Assembly (NCBI RefSeq): GCF_009834535.1
Contig: NC_045696.1
Coordinates: 55,492,001 to 55,556,000 of the forward strand
From: Camelus ferus
Lineage: Eukaryota
Direction: 5' to 3'
Length of the DNA stretch: 64,000 nucleotides
The notes under the pieces were generated by a model, which ran no database searches, was not told the origin of the DNA, and saw only the letters and a list, made by a program, of their open reading frames with translations. Positions 27,430-40,274 of this stretch are shown piece by piece (position 1 is the first letter of the stretch; each line of letters begins with the position of its first letter). The position numbers and the translations under genes are program-made.

Positions 27430-27905
27430 AAACAATTCCTCTTTGGGCAACCTAGACTACAAAAATACCTACACAAATGTAGAGGTTATATGTATAAAGA
27501 TGTTCACTACATCATTAACACTGAAAAATCAGAAACAACATAAATATCCGACAAGGGGGAAACAGCTAAATAAAGTATAGTATATACACCTATGAAATAC
27601 TAAATGGTCACTAAAAAGAATGTGATGGGTCCATGCAACAGATGTGGCAAGATGCCCATATCAAAGTGCTATGTTTTAAAAAATAAGTTGTAGAACAATA
27701 TTGATGGCATTATTTTTTTAATTACATGTACATGCCGGCCTTGTGATTAGAAAAAGGTCTGGAACAATGCACAGCAAAAGCAGAGAATTCAGTGGGTGGA
27801 GGCAGGGTATGAGTCAATTCTTAAACACTTCTGCAGTGTTTGAACTTTTATGCCTAGGAGATGTTACTTTCAGTAATGCAAAAAATTATCATACAAAAAT
27901 AAAGA
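27430..27905 (+). mobile_element. Old L1ME-like 3' fragment
   Basis: aacaattcctctttgggc...aaagatgttcactacatc...gaaacaacataaatatcc. Confidence 0.6.
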
Positions 27906-28046
27906 ATTTTAAATAAGTCTATTATTTATTTTAAAATAATGCATGCATACCCCATTTAATGTCATCCCACATAGCAGGGACTGTGTGGCTATTTGTCTCA
28001 AACACTTTTCAAAAAAAAAAAAAGAGTCTAACATTCCATTATAGTG

Positions 28047-29468
28047 CAGCAGCATTTCAAGTATGGTCCACAGACCTACGAGGGTCTCCAAGATCCTTTC
28101 AGAAAGCCCATGAGGTAAAAGCTTTTTTCTTAATAATGGTAAAATGTTATGTGCCCCTTTGCCTGTGTTGACATTTGCACTGATGGCGCAGAAGCCGTGG
28201 TGGGTGAGAGCGCTGGCGCCTTGGCGCAAGTCACAGTGCCGTCACTAAACTGTAGGAGAAGTCGCTGTAGTTGTCACCGTCACGCACTCCCAGTTCAAAA
28301 AGGAAATGCAGTTTCTAAAATATGTCTTTGTCAAGGAAAAACAGTAATTGTATTTAATCTTGACCTTTTATAATATTTATGAATCCCGTATGCTGCATAT
28401 CAGAGCAACATGGTTGTCCCAAGGAGAAGCGCCGGGGCAGCGGTCTGAGCTCAAAACTAACTCAAGTATTCGCTTTTTCCACCGATCAGCACTTTGACTT
28501 GAAAGAACAACTCACAGACAACACTCATTCAGACAGGAATCTGGATGACATTTTCTCAAAACTGAAAAAAATAAGACTCTTGCTTTCAAGGGAAATAACT
28601 GACAACTGTTTGTTGTCAATGATAAAATTCATGCAAATAGGGAAATTTTGGAAAACTTGTATCTGCCACTGTGAGCAGAACAGCTTCCTAATACTTAAAG
28701 ACTGTTCTGGTGAGATCAATGATGGTACTAACGTGGGGTTTTGGGGTTGTTTTTTACATTTTGTAAAATGTAATACACATCAATATTTGTAAGATCTGCA
28801 TCAGTGAATCAATATTTTCCAGATGATCAATGAATTGTGTTACCCTCCAAATCACACATGAGTAAAAGATCCTTTTAAAGTGCAATATTCAACATCCATT
28901 AAAATGGATTTTAATATAACAGAGTAAGAAATGTTTATTGATAATGGTTTCTGATTTTGCATTGTAGCCAATCTTTTAAATCATTTAAAGTGTTTTGGTG
29001 GAATATCAAAGAAGAATAACCAGAATTATTTGAGAATGCTACCAAAATACTCCTTACTTTTCTAACTACATATCTGTGTGAGGCCAGATATTCTTCCTAT
29101 ATTTCAACCAAACCGAAACAACACATCACAATAAACTGAACACGGAAGCAGACAGGAGAATCCAGCTGTCTCCTAATGAGCCAGACCTTAAAGAGACTCC
29201 CAAAAACGTAAAACAGTGCCATTCTTCTAACATTTTTTGGTTTTGGAAAAATTCTTACTTGTCATAGAAATATATTATTTATGTCAACATATAATAGATT
29301 TTTTTATTGTTGTTTTTAAACTGATTTATATTTTCAAATTTTCTCAATTTCATTTTCTAACATAGTCAATACTGATAGACACAACCCACATAAACAAAAG
29401 CTCTCATGGTCCTCAACAGTCTTTAAGGCCTCAAAAATCTTCAGCACCAAAAAGTTTGAGACTCTTTG
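28047..29468 (+). mobile_element. Near full-length hAT-Charlie DNA transposon (Charlie1a-like), decayed transposase
   Basis: Ends cagcagcatttcaagtatggtcc... and ...caccaaaaagtttgagactctttg match recalled Charlie1a termini; ~1.42 kb. ORF 28149..28373 contains CVDICTDGA and CHRHAL hAT transposase motifs. Confidence 0.88.
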
Positions 29469-32400
29469 CAGTACACTGTTAATACATTTTTTATGTGTCC
29501 TGCACACTGTCTTAAGTCTTGGCCAACAAGTGCAAGTATGGCGGTCTGTATTTGCCCACAGGCAATACACAAGGTAAACTGTACTACAATTTTGTGTCTG
29601 GCAAACGATCTTAATTTGACGGGGCTGACGGAAGTTGTATAACTGACAGTGATGGACTTGGTCCAAAGAAATAAAGATTAAGTATAATGATACTTAAAAT
29701 TGATGACACTAAACTTAAAAGGCGTCTTCCAGCACATTGTTGAGGATGCAGTTATGATTAGTAGAAGATTTTTGACATTTTGAAAGCAGTAAACGTCACT
29801 GTAGACTGAGAGGACGGTCCCTAAGGGAGTGAATCATAGCTGAAAGAAACTATGGCTGGAAATAAGTGGACTTCAGAGGAAGGGAAGGGGATAGGAGGGG
29901 AGGACAACCAGCAATCTCCACCTGGAGTGGCCTATAATGCACCCCTGCACCAACAGGAGCCTGATTTAGTTAATGCTCCTGTTTCCAAAAAGTCTTCTCT
30001 AGTACTTGACGCACATGATGTGAGGAAGGGGAGAGAGGGCTTAGACCACACAAGGTGTTATTTTAATTAATTATCTCCATTCTTGGGGGACTAGTTCTAA
30101 CAAACAGGCGCTCAAGGACTAAGAATACCAAAGATGGAAATGGAAAACTTTGAGGTTCTAAATGGATTCCCAAAAGTCCAGTGTTGTTCTTCATTACAGG
30201 GAGCAAAACCTTCAGAAATTCCTCAAGAAAAAAAATATTTAAAAATGGACAATTTCGGTTTTAGGATTAAAGATAAGCTAGAATCAATTTTAAAAGACTT
30301 GTAAGTATTGCATTTCTAAATAAACTTCTTAAGTCACAGAATTTGAAAAGACTATGAAAACAGCTCTTGATCACCCCTGATCCACAAAATAAATAGCAAG
30401 GTTTAAAGATTAGTTGGAGTTAACACAGTCAAACGAAATTCCTAAGGAAAATTTTAGTTAAATTCTTTTTCCTTTAAAAGGGAAAAAGCATTCTTTTCAG
30501 GTAATCCAAGCACACGGGAGTACCACCTATATTAGTAACCACTCAGTCAGTCAGTCACAGTTATTTACTGAGCACTTACTGTATACGAGGCATGGTACTC
30601 TCTTTTACAAATATACACACACACACAATCATATCACAAAGTTCACTTCCTGGAACAAGGGGAAAATATTAGCACAGAACTACAGACACACTCTCACCCT
30701 CCCCCCACCAATGTCCACCTTCTAAGGTGATTTCTGGGTCTGCCTGGCTGGCTACAGGGTTCTTTTTAAACATCAATCCTGGAAATAGGTAGAGCTGAGT
30801 AATTGGAAGGACCTATGCCTGGCTAGATTTATTTACCTTACAAGAACTTAATGCTAGTAACAAAGGAACATAACACTCTCCAAAATGAAAGGAGAGGATG
30901 AGGAGGAAATAGGAGAGAAAAGAATCAACACTAATGAGAAAACAGGAGTGAGAGAGCAGATTTTTACACAAGCTACTACTGTGAACAGGGAGACGCTGGG
31001 CAGAGGTGGGTAAAGGGATTCTCTAGATTAGAACTTTTCTTAAAGCTTTCACTGGTGTGATCTTCAATGAACTGGTGAAAATTTAAATTTCTTTTCATTT
31101 TTAAAAAATATTGGATTAATAAGTCATTTAAGAATGGCCTAGAAATGGCCCCATTACATTAGAGTTGCACTCACAATGTCAGACTGTGTTATTGTGACCC
31201 TCAGTGAAGAAAAAAAAAAACAACAACCCTGAATTTCCAATCCCACAAACCTATTATACCTTAACCATCTGTCTCAACCCTAAAGCCTGACCACTATCAT
31301 TACGGGCCACTAAAGTTGGCCTAATTCTCTGAAGATTCTTCCAAAGAACTTACTGTGGTACAAGAATTTCCTGAACTCAGCACTTCTGGGATCTCAACTT
31401 CTTTACCGGCAATGCTTTTCTAAATAAAAGTGTGCACCTAACCCTGCCAGTCCGTTACCTCTCTCAGGATGAAAATGCTAAATCAAGAGAAACCAGTAAG
31501 TAGATTTCTAAGAATTTTTTAATGAATAGACTTTTTGCTCACATTGGCAAACTGCATTGGTTGAATCCTGTTTTATAAACATAAAATTTTAATGATATTA
31601 ATGAAAATGTGATCTTCCTGTAACACAGGAGCGAGGCAGAGCCACACCACAGGGCCCCTATGTAGTATCCAACCACGGTAATGATGAACTGGTATCGGAT
31701 CAATGGCTGAGTCTACCATTTGTGAAATTAGGAAACAGGTTTCTTTTCTTTGACTGACTCCACATTTCTGCAATTTTAAAACCATCACAGATGCAAACTA
31801 CTAATATAGTCTCTTTCTTAGGTGGTAGGAAACCAGCTACAGAGGAAATCAATTACCCAAACTTTAACAGGAAGAAATCCTTCCAGTTTAGTAAGATCAG
31901 TTTAACTAATAAGTAAACTAATTAACTTTCCACTTTTAAGACCAAAATCGGCTCAAATCAGATGGCATTTTGAAAATCACCCAAGAACTGACAACCTCTC
32001 TTAAACTAGTTACTCTCAAAGTATGATCAAGGGAGGATCTCAGAGCCTCCGGATGGTCTGAGGGCTGCCCTCAAAACCCAAAGGTTAGATGTGTAAGTGC
32101 CAAGGAGTCCCCATCAAACAAAGAAGGAGGAAGTTGAGGGAACCATGTTTACTTGAAGTGACTAGACCACCACAGAGCCAGCAATGCTACCTCAAGCTGC
32201 CTAATATAGAAACAAATTGGTATCAATGGTGTAGATAACAACATATTCAGAATTCCTATTCTAAATAGACTAGTTATAGATGGGAATTTCAGGGGAATGC
32301 CACAATTTTCCCAATTTCCTCCCAACTCAGCTAGTCCTTGCAGACCTGTGTTCTGTAAAACTCAGAGCAGCTAAAGAATCCCATGCACCAGCACATCACC

Positions 32401-33102
32401 TTGTTTGACACTAAATCACATGGCTTAAGTATGAAGATTCAAATGAGACTTCTCATTATAAATGCTTCCACTATCAAAGTGTGAAAACACATTTGAAAAT
32501 GTGCCATATACTGTTACTGGGGGGAAAAGGTTTTATCCATTGCATCATTATCTTGGGTCTGACAACAGTTCTGAGTATAACATTTTTTAAGTACTTGGTC
32601 ACTTAATATTTAAATTGCTTTGTGAATAATCCATGTTGAATATACAGTGCACTGGATTTAATTTCTCTAAAATCTTCATCCAGCAGCTGTCACCTTTCAT
32701 GTAGGTCAAACTACAGATTTTTACTAAAAAGTGAAGCCTTCCAAAACAGTTTCAAAATCATAAAGCTAAGAAATGAAGGTTTAAATAAATTTGCTAATTT
32801 ATAATGCTAACATTTAGGCTCACAGTTCTTTTCACTTTCATTGCATTTTATTTGGTCTTTTATACATTTTTCTTAGATTCTGGAAAGTTATCTGCTATTT
32901 CAAGGAATCACAAGTAGTACAGGACACACCTAAGCCATATATAACCCACTGGTGGGACTAGACAGAAGTTAACTTTTTAATTCAAATTCCCTTTGAAGTT
33001 ACTCCATAGAGATTTAAACAAAAATAAAAACAGAAATTTCCTGACAACCATTTTCTTTCAAAAACATAAGAGACTATTTCCACCTTTGGTGCACTCCCCC
33101 AT

Positions 33103-33320
33103 TGTAGTGGCCAATGCTGCAATGGTTATTTATTTAGCATCCATTTTCCTCCTCTCCCTTCATAACGGAGCCAACTTTGTTCAGATATCCACTCCTCCTC
33201 CTCGTTCCGCATTCAAAGTCCTAGGAATGGGCCCTAATTCATTCACTCCAACTGTGCCCCTGACTGGTTCAAGAACTTAATGCAGTCAGGACATGGCATT
33301 CTCCTGGAGACTCATGCTGG
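33103..33320 (+). mobile_element. ERVL LTR fragment (LTR16/33-like)
   Basis: Starts tgtagtgg, followed by aactttgttcagatatccac and tgactggttcaag motifs. Confidence 0.4.
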
Positions 33321-33394
33321 GCACCCAGTAGCTATTCATCCTCGTCCTCTCCCCATCTTCAGTTAAATGAGTATCAGTGGTTTATCCATGGCCT

Positions 33395-33848
33395 ATTAAA
33401 TAAAGCTCAAACAGCATTCAATGTTCTCTACCATCCTTTTACTTCCTTTTTAGATGTTTCTGCTTTGCACACATCTCCTGCTCTATCCCTTCTAGAGCAT
33501 GCCCCTGCACTTTCCATTTCATATTCTACACCCAGGCTGTTCCTTGGCTAGGAAAGCCCAACCATCCCCATTGCAGCCAATTTAAATCCTACTCGTGCAA
33601 AGTCCAGATCAAAAGTAAACCTTTCCATGAAGTCTCCCTTGACATCACCAAAAAAAAATGGCACTCATCACATATTCTTGTATCATAAATCACTTGTGCA
33701 CGCTTACAGCTTGTTTTAAAACTGCAAACTCCTCAAGGGCTGTGGGCAAACTCCTGTGCACCTTAGTCTTCCACCACCACTCCTCCCCACCAGACACCCA
33801 AGGGCACAGAGAGGTAGTTCAGTAAATATTTGTTGAACAAATGAACAC
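33395..33848 (+). mobile_element. L2 3' end
   Basis: aatcctactc...ctttccatgaagtctccc...cagtaaatatttgttgaacaaatgaa. Confidence 0.65.
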
Positions 33849-35094
33849 ATTTTTTTGAGGGTTGGAAGTGCCTCTACAGAATAGATTATCACAAAGGCTG
33901 AAATGTCCTTGGACGTCTTTAAAAACAGCCTAGTATGGTTTAGGAATAGTTCAACGGAAGGAAAAGAAACAAATCAGATGACCTTGTAAGGCTGATTCTG
34001 TGAATTTCATCAACTCTTTAAAAAGTCTTGCCTAATAATTCAAAAACAAACCATACGCAAATGCGGTTTACAAAAAAAGAGTGGCACTTGCTATGATATA
34101 CAAGGGTTAACAACACATTTTTACCCAAAATTTCAGCTGTTCTTATAGTAACATTTGTAAGTTTCAGTTACGTCCAAGGGATGATTTAAAAGCCCATTAT
34201 CTCTATCTTATTTCACTCTTAAAGGAAGTAGGACAGAAAAATGTTGGCCCTCTCACAGAAGTAACCAGACAAAATTAATTTGGAAGCACAAGTTGATATA
34301 ATGTACATAATGACATCACATCATCACTAAATATATGCCTACAGAAGTCTAGGGAAGTTATCTGTAATTTTGATTATTTCCTTCCCTAGCCTCTATGGAA
34401 AAGGTACACAGAAGTTTTATATTCCTTTCTCCCATCCCTTAAATTGCATTTGTACAAATTACATTGGCTAAGATACGGTTACTTCAAGACCTATTATCAG
34501 TTATCAGTTCAAATAAGGTCATAAATTTATGGGAAACACACTGGTATCTCCAGAAAGAAGAAACAGTACTAACCAAGGTATGCCATGAGTCCATGAACCA
34601 GATTTTTAAGTAAAATCATTCGGAATAAATCTCACTAAATCTCAACAATCAATTAAATGGAAGAGAAAACTTGATACGACAGGACAGAACAGTCAAAAAA
34701 AGAAAGGGCACTGTATAAAACGAAAATCAGGGTCCAAATATGATGGCTATTCATAGTAAATAAAATATAAGAAAGATTAAAGATAAAGTAGAAAATTAAA
34801 TTTAAGTACATTTTTAACAGTTAATAAGAAAATTAAACATATGTTTATTTCTTTTGTTCTAATATTGCTATATTCTACGTTTCTCTGTAAGTCAATTTAA
34901 ATCCTTTTGAGGAAGAAACCAGACTATAAAAAAGATAAATTCTTGTTTTCGAATATAGTGTAGCACACTGTAGAGTTATTTCTTAAATAAATATCACATT
35001 TTCAGTCATAACCTGCAAATACTCGTTAAAGATTTTGGTAAAGCTACAATTTAAAGTTTTCCAAATTATTTTAAAATCATCTCCAGTTTTCCCA

Positions 35095-36185
35095 GAGCCG
35101 CCTGGTAACGGAAAAGATTCTAAATCCTGTTTCTCCCTGGCAGTGGTAAGGGAGCTCGTTATCTAAAAAGGGCAAAGAGCGGGGTTGGGGTCAGAGTCAG
35201 GTTCAGGGCCCGTGGTAACGGAGCGGCGTGCGCAGTTACCTCTCGGGTGGGAACACCTGTGCTGCACCGGGGGCGCGGGCGCCGCCGGGGCAGCAGCCGC
35301 CGCGGGTGGACGGGTGAGCGCGTGAGCCTCAGCAGACAGCAACGAACACGGCCTCCGAGAAAGTTGGGCTCCCTAGCCCGGCCCCGGCGAGAAGGCTGTT
35401 TGCTCCCCGGACAGCCTCCGCCGGGCCCGCCTGGCCCCACCGGGACTGGGGCTCGGCTACTCACCGTGCAGAGAGAGGAGTAGCAAAGGCGCCAGAGGGG
35501 AGCCCCGACAAGTCATCCCGGGGCCGCGGGGAGCGCGCCCGCCGCCCGCCTGGCTCCTCGTCGCGGCAGCGGAGGCGCGGGTCGGGCTCTCGGCGCTCTC
35601 GGGGCAGCCCGGTCCTCCGAGACCCGCCGCCCGGCCGCAGTCCGCCCGGCGGGGCTGGGACGGTGGGACGCGCAGAAAACGAAGCAAGTGCTGCTCCTGC
35701 GCCGCCCGGCTCCGAGGAAGCTGAGCTGCGACCAGGCGCGTCCCGGGCTCGCCCGCCTCGTCCCGCGGCGCCAAGGCCACCTCGCGCTGCCCCAGGACCC
35801 GCCGGCCCCTCGAGCCGCCCGGGGAGCCACTCCCCCCAACTCTCGCCCGGCTCCTCGGGCAGCAGCCCGGCTTCGGCTCCGCTGCGCGCCGCCCACTCGC
35901 CCCGCTCCGTCTCCCGGGCAACGGCGGCTCCAGCGCGACGCCTGGCGGCCCACCCGCGGAGCGAGCGCGGCGCGCAGCTGGCGCGGCCCTGGCCACCTGT
36001 GCGCCGGCCGCCCGCTCCCCGCACGCCTCCGCGATCGCCGGGCACCCGGGACTGGCGGCGTCCTCGCCCGCAGGCTGGGCTCCTCTCCTGTCCGGAACCG
36101 CTTCTCAGACCGGTGGTGTCAGTCCTGAGCCCCAGAGAGCTCCACAACGAACTTCACCCTGGCCTGCGTCCAAACCAGCGAGATC
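35095..36185. promoter_or_regulatory. IGSF11: CpG island: IGSF11 promoter, 5'UTR and start of intron 1
   Basis: Abrupt switch from AT-rich DNA to very GC- and CpG-rich DNA, with several CCGCCC GC boxes and no obvious TATA box. No minus-strand ATG between 35517 and ~36220. Confidence 0.92.
35465..35516 (-). CDS. IGSF11: First coding exon (signal peptide) of immunoglobulin superfamily member 11 / BT-IgSF
   Basis: Minus strand reads CCCCGGG-ATG ACT TGT CGG GGC TCC CCT CTG GCG CCT TTG CTA CTC CTC TCT CTG CAC G|GTGAGT = MTCRGSPLAPLLLLSLH(G). This is nearly identical to the recalled human IGSF11 N-terminus MTSQRSPLAPLLLLSLHG. 52 coding nt, phase-1 consensus donor, G at -3, inside a CpG island. Confidence 0.93.
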
Positions 36186-36289
36186 TTTTCTGTTGCAGTT
36201 TTCAGATGATTTCTATTTGGCCATTTCATTTTCTCTCAATCCTCTCTTCTATAACTTAAATAATCCGAAAGAACCTGACTCTGGCAAAA

Positions 36290-36365
36290 TTAAGAATCGA
36301 TGTATATGTATGACTGAAACATTATGCTGTACACTAGAAACGGACACAACATTGTAAACTGGTTT
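36290..36365 (+). mobile_element. Small young L1 3'UTR fragment at the CpG island edge
   Basis: tgtatatgtatgactgaaacattatgctgtacac is shared with the L1 3'UTRs at ~25130 and ~38780. Confidence 0.65.
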
Positions 36366-38114
36366 AAATATCATTTTCTGAAACTAATTTCAAGTATTTG
36401 TTAACCAGTAATGCTTTTATTTTAGTGTTAACTAGAGATGCTTTTATTGTGGTGGTTATTACTTTGGTTGGGTTTTTATTTTTTGTTTCTTGTTTATTTC
36501 AGTTGGGTGGGAAGAGAGACCTCACTGGCAACTGAAATTGTTTTACTTAAATATCTACCTACATCGTTTCTTGTAAAACCTAATATTCATTCCTTTTCCA
36601 ATGAATTTGCTGCTCTCTTTCTTAAAGCCCAACGTCCCATTCTGCTTCAGCCTCCCATCCAAGCCTTCTAGATTTGAGGACATACCTCCCCCCAGGGAAT
36701 GTTACACCATTCTGGTCAATTTCTACAGCAACATTGATTATGATTCTTAGAGCCATTCAGAAATTCTGAGCCCCCATCTGGCAGATACAATCCTCCCAGG
36801 GCAACTCAGAAACAAAAATAGTATGCACAGGAGAAAGACAAATACATAAAACATGTCTTCATTTGGACAAAGATTGGGAGACAAATGTAAAAATTAAAAT
36901 AGTATCAAATGGTGAAGTGAGGGATGTACTTTTTCTCTTTTGAAAATGTTGCTGTTGTAATTTCAGGTTTAAAAAGGGAACACATTATGAAATGCAAGTC
37001 ACCTTCAACAAGAATACCCTGAAAAAATACAGTTTGATTATGGATCACATGAATCAAATAAAATGCCTCGACTTTGCTGACTACTTCCAGTTTGCTAGAA
37101 TCCCTTACCAGATCTCTAATGGCAAGAGAAGAGTGATATGACAATATAGAATTTCAGATATTAACAGATGTTTATTATTTCAAACAGGTCATCACTGGGC
37201 TCATTTCCATTCTTTTAAACTCCAGAGTAAGGAGTAGATTTTTTTTCTCCATACAGTTCAGTTCCTTACTTTGTCTTGTACGTATTCCTACATTCTATCT
37301 AACCAGCCCTAAGCAAAGTATAAGAGTAAGTCATATAAGGAAAAAAGCAAGGAAGCTGCCAAGTGGTGGGTGCTACTCAGAGCAGGACTTTGCTTCACTA
37401 TAACCCCAGACTTAAATATAGAGGTAGAATATTTATTCTTTAACTAAATAAATAGCCCAATAATCTAGGCTTAAAAGCCTTGATAAAGCAATTTACTTAA
37501 TATATCTCTTAGTACATCAATTCAGCAGATATTTCCTGAGTATCTACACTGTGTAATGCTCTGGGTTGAAAGTTAAAGTATAAGATATGAACCTCACCCT
37601 TAAGTAACTTTCAGTCGCACTTGGGATATATCTGCAGTGTTATGAATCAGTGCAGAAAGAGAGCTATCCTGCCTCTTTGTCACCATAGTGTACTCCTGCC
37701 TTGCCAGACAGGAGCTGGTGAGTTTTTAAGAGGACAGGGTGCTCACTGTTTGGTAGAGCAGCCCTTCTAATTGAAAAAGAAGTGTGGCTTCTGAATGGTG
37801 ACTAGGGATGATCAGATTTCAAGAGGCAATCTGGCTGCTCAGAAGCACAGGGGCAGATGGTAGATGGTGGACCCAAAGGAAGCAAATCAGAAGTCTTGGA
37901 AGCTGTACACAGAGGCTTCCAAAAGAAAACTTTCACAGGAAACAAAGGAAAAAATGTGCTATGTTAATTCACAGAAATAATACCCCTGACGTGGACTTTA
38001 AGGAAATTTTTTATTAGTACTGAGTTATATCAACTCTTTTATCCTAATCTGCCTTATGACCACAGTAGGATTTCTTTATATCTCTTAATTATTCTGAGTG
38101 TTAAAGCAACAGAC

Positions 38115-38350
38115 AACACCTTTCATTTGTATAATGCTTTATAAATTTCCAAGTGCTTTCACCTGTATTATCTGATTTGATGCTCACAGCAACCGCAGAG
38201 AGTAGGCAAGGCAAATAGTATTACTCCCTCTGAACTCACTAAGATACTGAGTCTCAAAAAGATCAAGGGACACCTCATGGATTGCAAACACCAGTGGGCA
38301 GAACTGACACCAAGGGGTAGAACCAGAACCAACCTTACAGTTTTTTCAAC
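38115..38350 (-). mobile_element. MIR SINE
   Basis: ctttcatttgtataatgcttt...tgctcacagcaacc...gatactgagtctca. Confidence 0.6.
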
Positions 38351-38672
38351 CACACCACAAAATCTTTTTGTTTTATCTCTTTATAGACCAATATCTAAAG
38401 AAATGTATATGAACCACGGTGTCTTAAAGCTAACTGTGGGGAACAATGCAGTTGCCTCCCCAACATTTATCCCACCTCCACCACCACTGCCCCACCCCTA
38501 CATGAGTAGCTGTAAAATCTGGATGAGACTAGCCCCACCCTCACCTCTAGGGACGCAATGGTTGGTTTATCTGACCATGGAAGAGATGGAGAGGGGAATG
38601 CCTGGGACGTGGAACCCTGGTAAAAGACTCTGATGTAGTGATATGATAATCTTGGATCAAAAACACTGATGA

Positions 38673-38868
38673 TAGATAAAAAAACAAATTTCTTCTGTAT
38701 AGCACAGGGAATGATATTCAATATCTTGTAATAACCTTTAATGAAAAAGAATATGAAAACTAATATATGTATATATATGCATGACTGGGACATTATGCTG
38801 CACACCAGAAATTGACACATTGTAACCAACTATACTTCAATTTAAAAAAATGAAAAAAAAAAAAACCA
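38673..38868 (+). mobile_element. Young 5'-truncated L1 3'-end insertion
   Basis: L1 3'UTR with A-tail; 14-bp TSD aaaaaca(c/t)tgatga (38659-38672; 38869-38882). Confidence 0.88.
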
Positions 38869-40274
38869 AAAAACATTGATGACCTGAGAATACAGTCAAC
38901 TTCTAAATATTTAAATAGGAATTATCCAAATTCAAATTAGTCCTAGACCAGCTTCTCCCTTCCGCCCATCAAAATGCTGGACCATCTCTTTCCCCAATCA
39001 GTTACTCTGCATTCAAGAATGGAAAATTAATTTTATGATTAGCTTAGGAAAAACATAATTAGGAAAGAAAAACTATGGAGGGAATTATAAGGCTCTCCAA
39101 AGCTAAATATAAATTATTTTAATTAGCTATTTTAAATTATTAATAGCAGCTATTCCTCTCCACTCATGTATATAATTAAAGGTTAATTTAAGTTTTTGAG
39201 AATGTTTGTCTATGGAATGTTTTATGAGAACACCATTCATAGAGTTAGAAAATACCGTGTTGCTCCTTGTTTGAGCCAGTAACTCATTCTGTAACTATTT
39301 TAACCTAGCTGCCGAGAACCAGGTATAGTCTAGAGCGGAGCTCGGTCCTTTTAGAAGTGAAATTCTTCTCCCCTTCCCCTTTGTGAAGAGGCAGTAAAGT
39401 CTAAAATAATAATAAAGGAGTGCAGATGATAATAGTGGAATCATGAGAGTAAAGCAACAAGCAATCTAATAAAGGTTTATCATCTGTTAAGACATTAAAC
39501 AGATCATTTAGTATTTTAAAACAGCCTTCTCAAATTTTGGATCAACTTATCACCTAGATATATTGACAGCTTAGTCTTTCTTATGGCTGTTTCTTCCTGC
39601 TTCTCTGGTAATTCTTGCAGGATAGGGTTTACACACAGGTGCACAGCACCTCCACCCCCCTCACCACAGCCCAATCTCTATCACCGTTGTGAATATTGCC
39701 GAAGTAACATTTCACACCTTCATTCATTTGGGGAAAAATTGGCTCTTTTGTTGAAACTATTTTATTATGAACACCTTTATTTTTAAGCGAAGTTATTCTC
39801 TGAGTGGGGCTAAGTGTAACAAAGGGCTACTGAATTCATTCTGATGGCAAATTTAAAATGGCACCACTACCTTTTTTAGCACTTGAAAAGGACAAGTGCA
39901 TAAGAAGCATTTTATGTCACCTGAAAATTGTTCATATTCTTTCTTATAAGGAAAATAACTTTTAAGTATTCTTCAAAGTATCTTTACCAGTTTTCACTAA
40001 CCTAAATTAATCTGCCTCAAACTCTGCCACTTGATTTTACATAGTGCGGTGTCGGCAATTGGTAACTTTTTTTTTTAAATCCTGATGAGTTTTCCCTAGA
40101 CTTTTAAAGCATAGATCAGACTTTCATTTCTGACAACAAAACAGATGAGAGACCTTGACTTAAAAAAATGAGAAATCATTTTTTAAAATGTAAATGAATT
40201 GATGAGCTCTCAATAAATACGGAAAAATCGAGCCAAAATCTCGAAGAAGGAGTGCTTCTACGATGAGCTAGTCT

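Larger units (their letters stand above)
1..35464 (-). other. IGSF11: IGSF11 intron 1 (partial; continues beyond the left edge)
   Basis: Begins at the GTGAGT donor (35464-35459). No V-set Ig exon (VAASLEVSESPG...) seen in the ORF track or by eye. Confidence 0.8.

Noticed and set aside
35457..36259. Five overlapping 146-228 aa ORFs, including a 160-codon in-frame extension upstream of the IGSF11 ATG
   Set aside because: They have non-ATG starts and Arg/Gly/Pro/Ala-rich low complexity, and stop codons are scarce in any CpG island. An extension would also displace the signal peptide.
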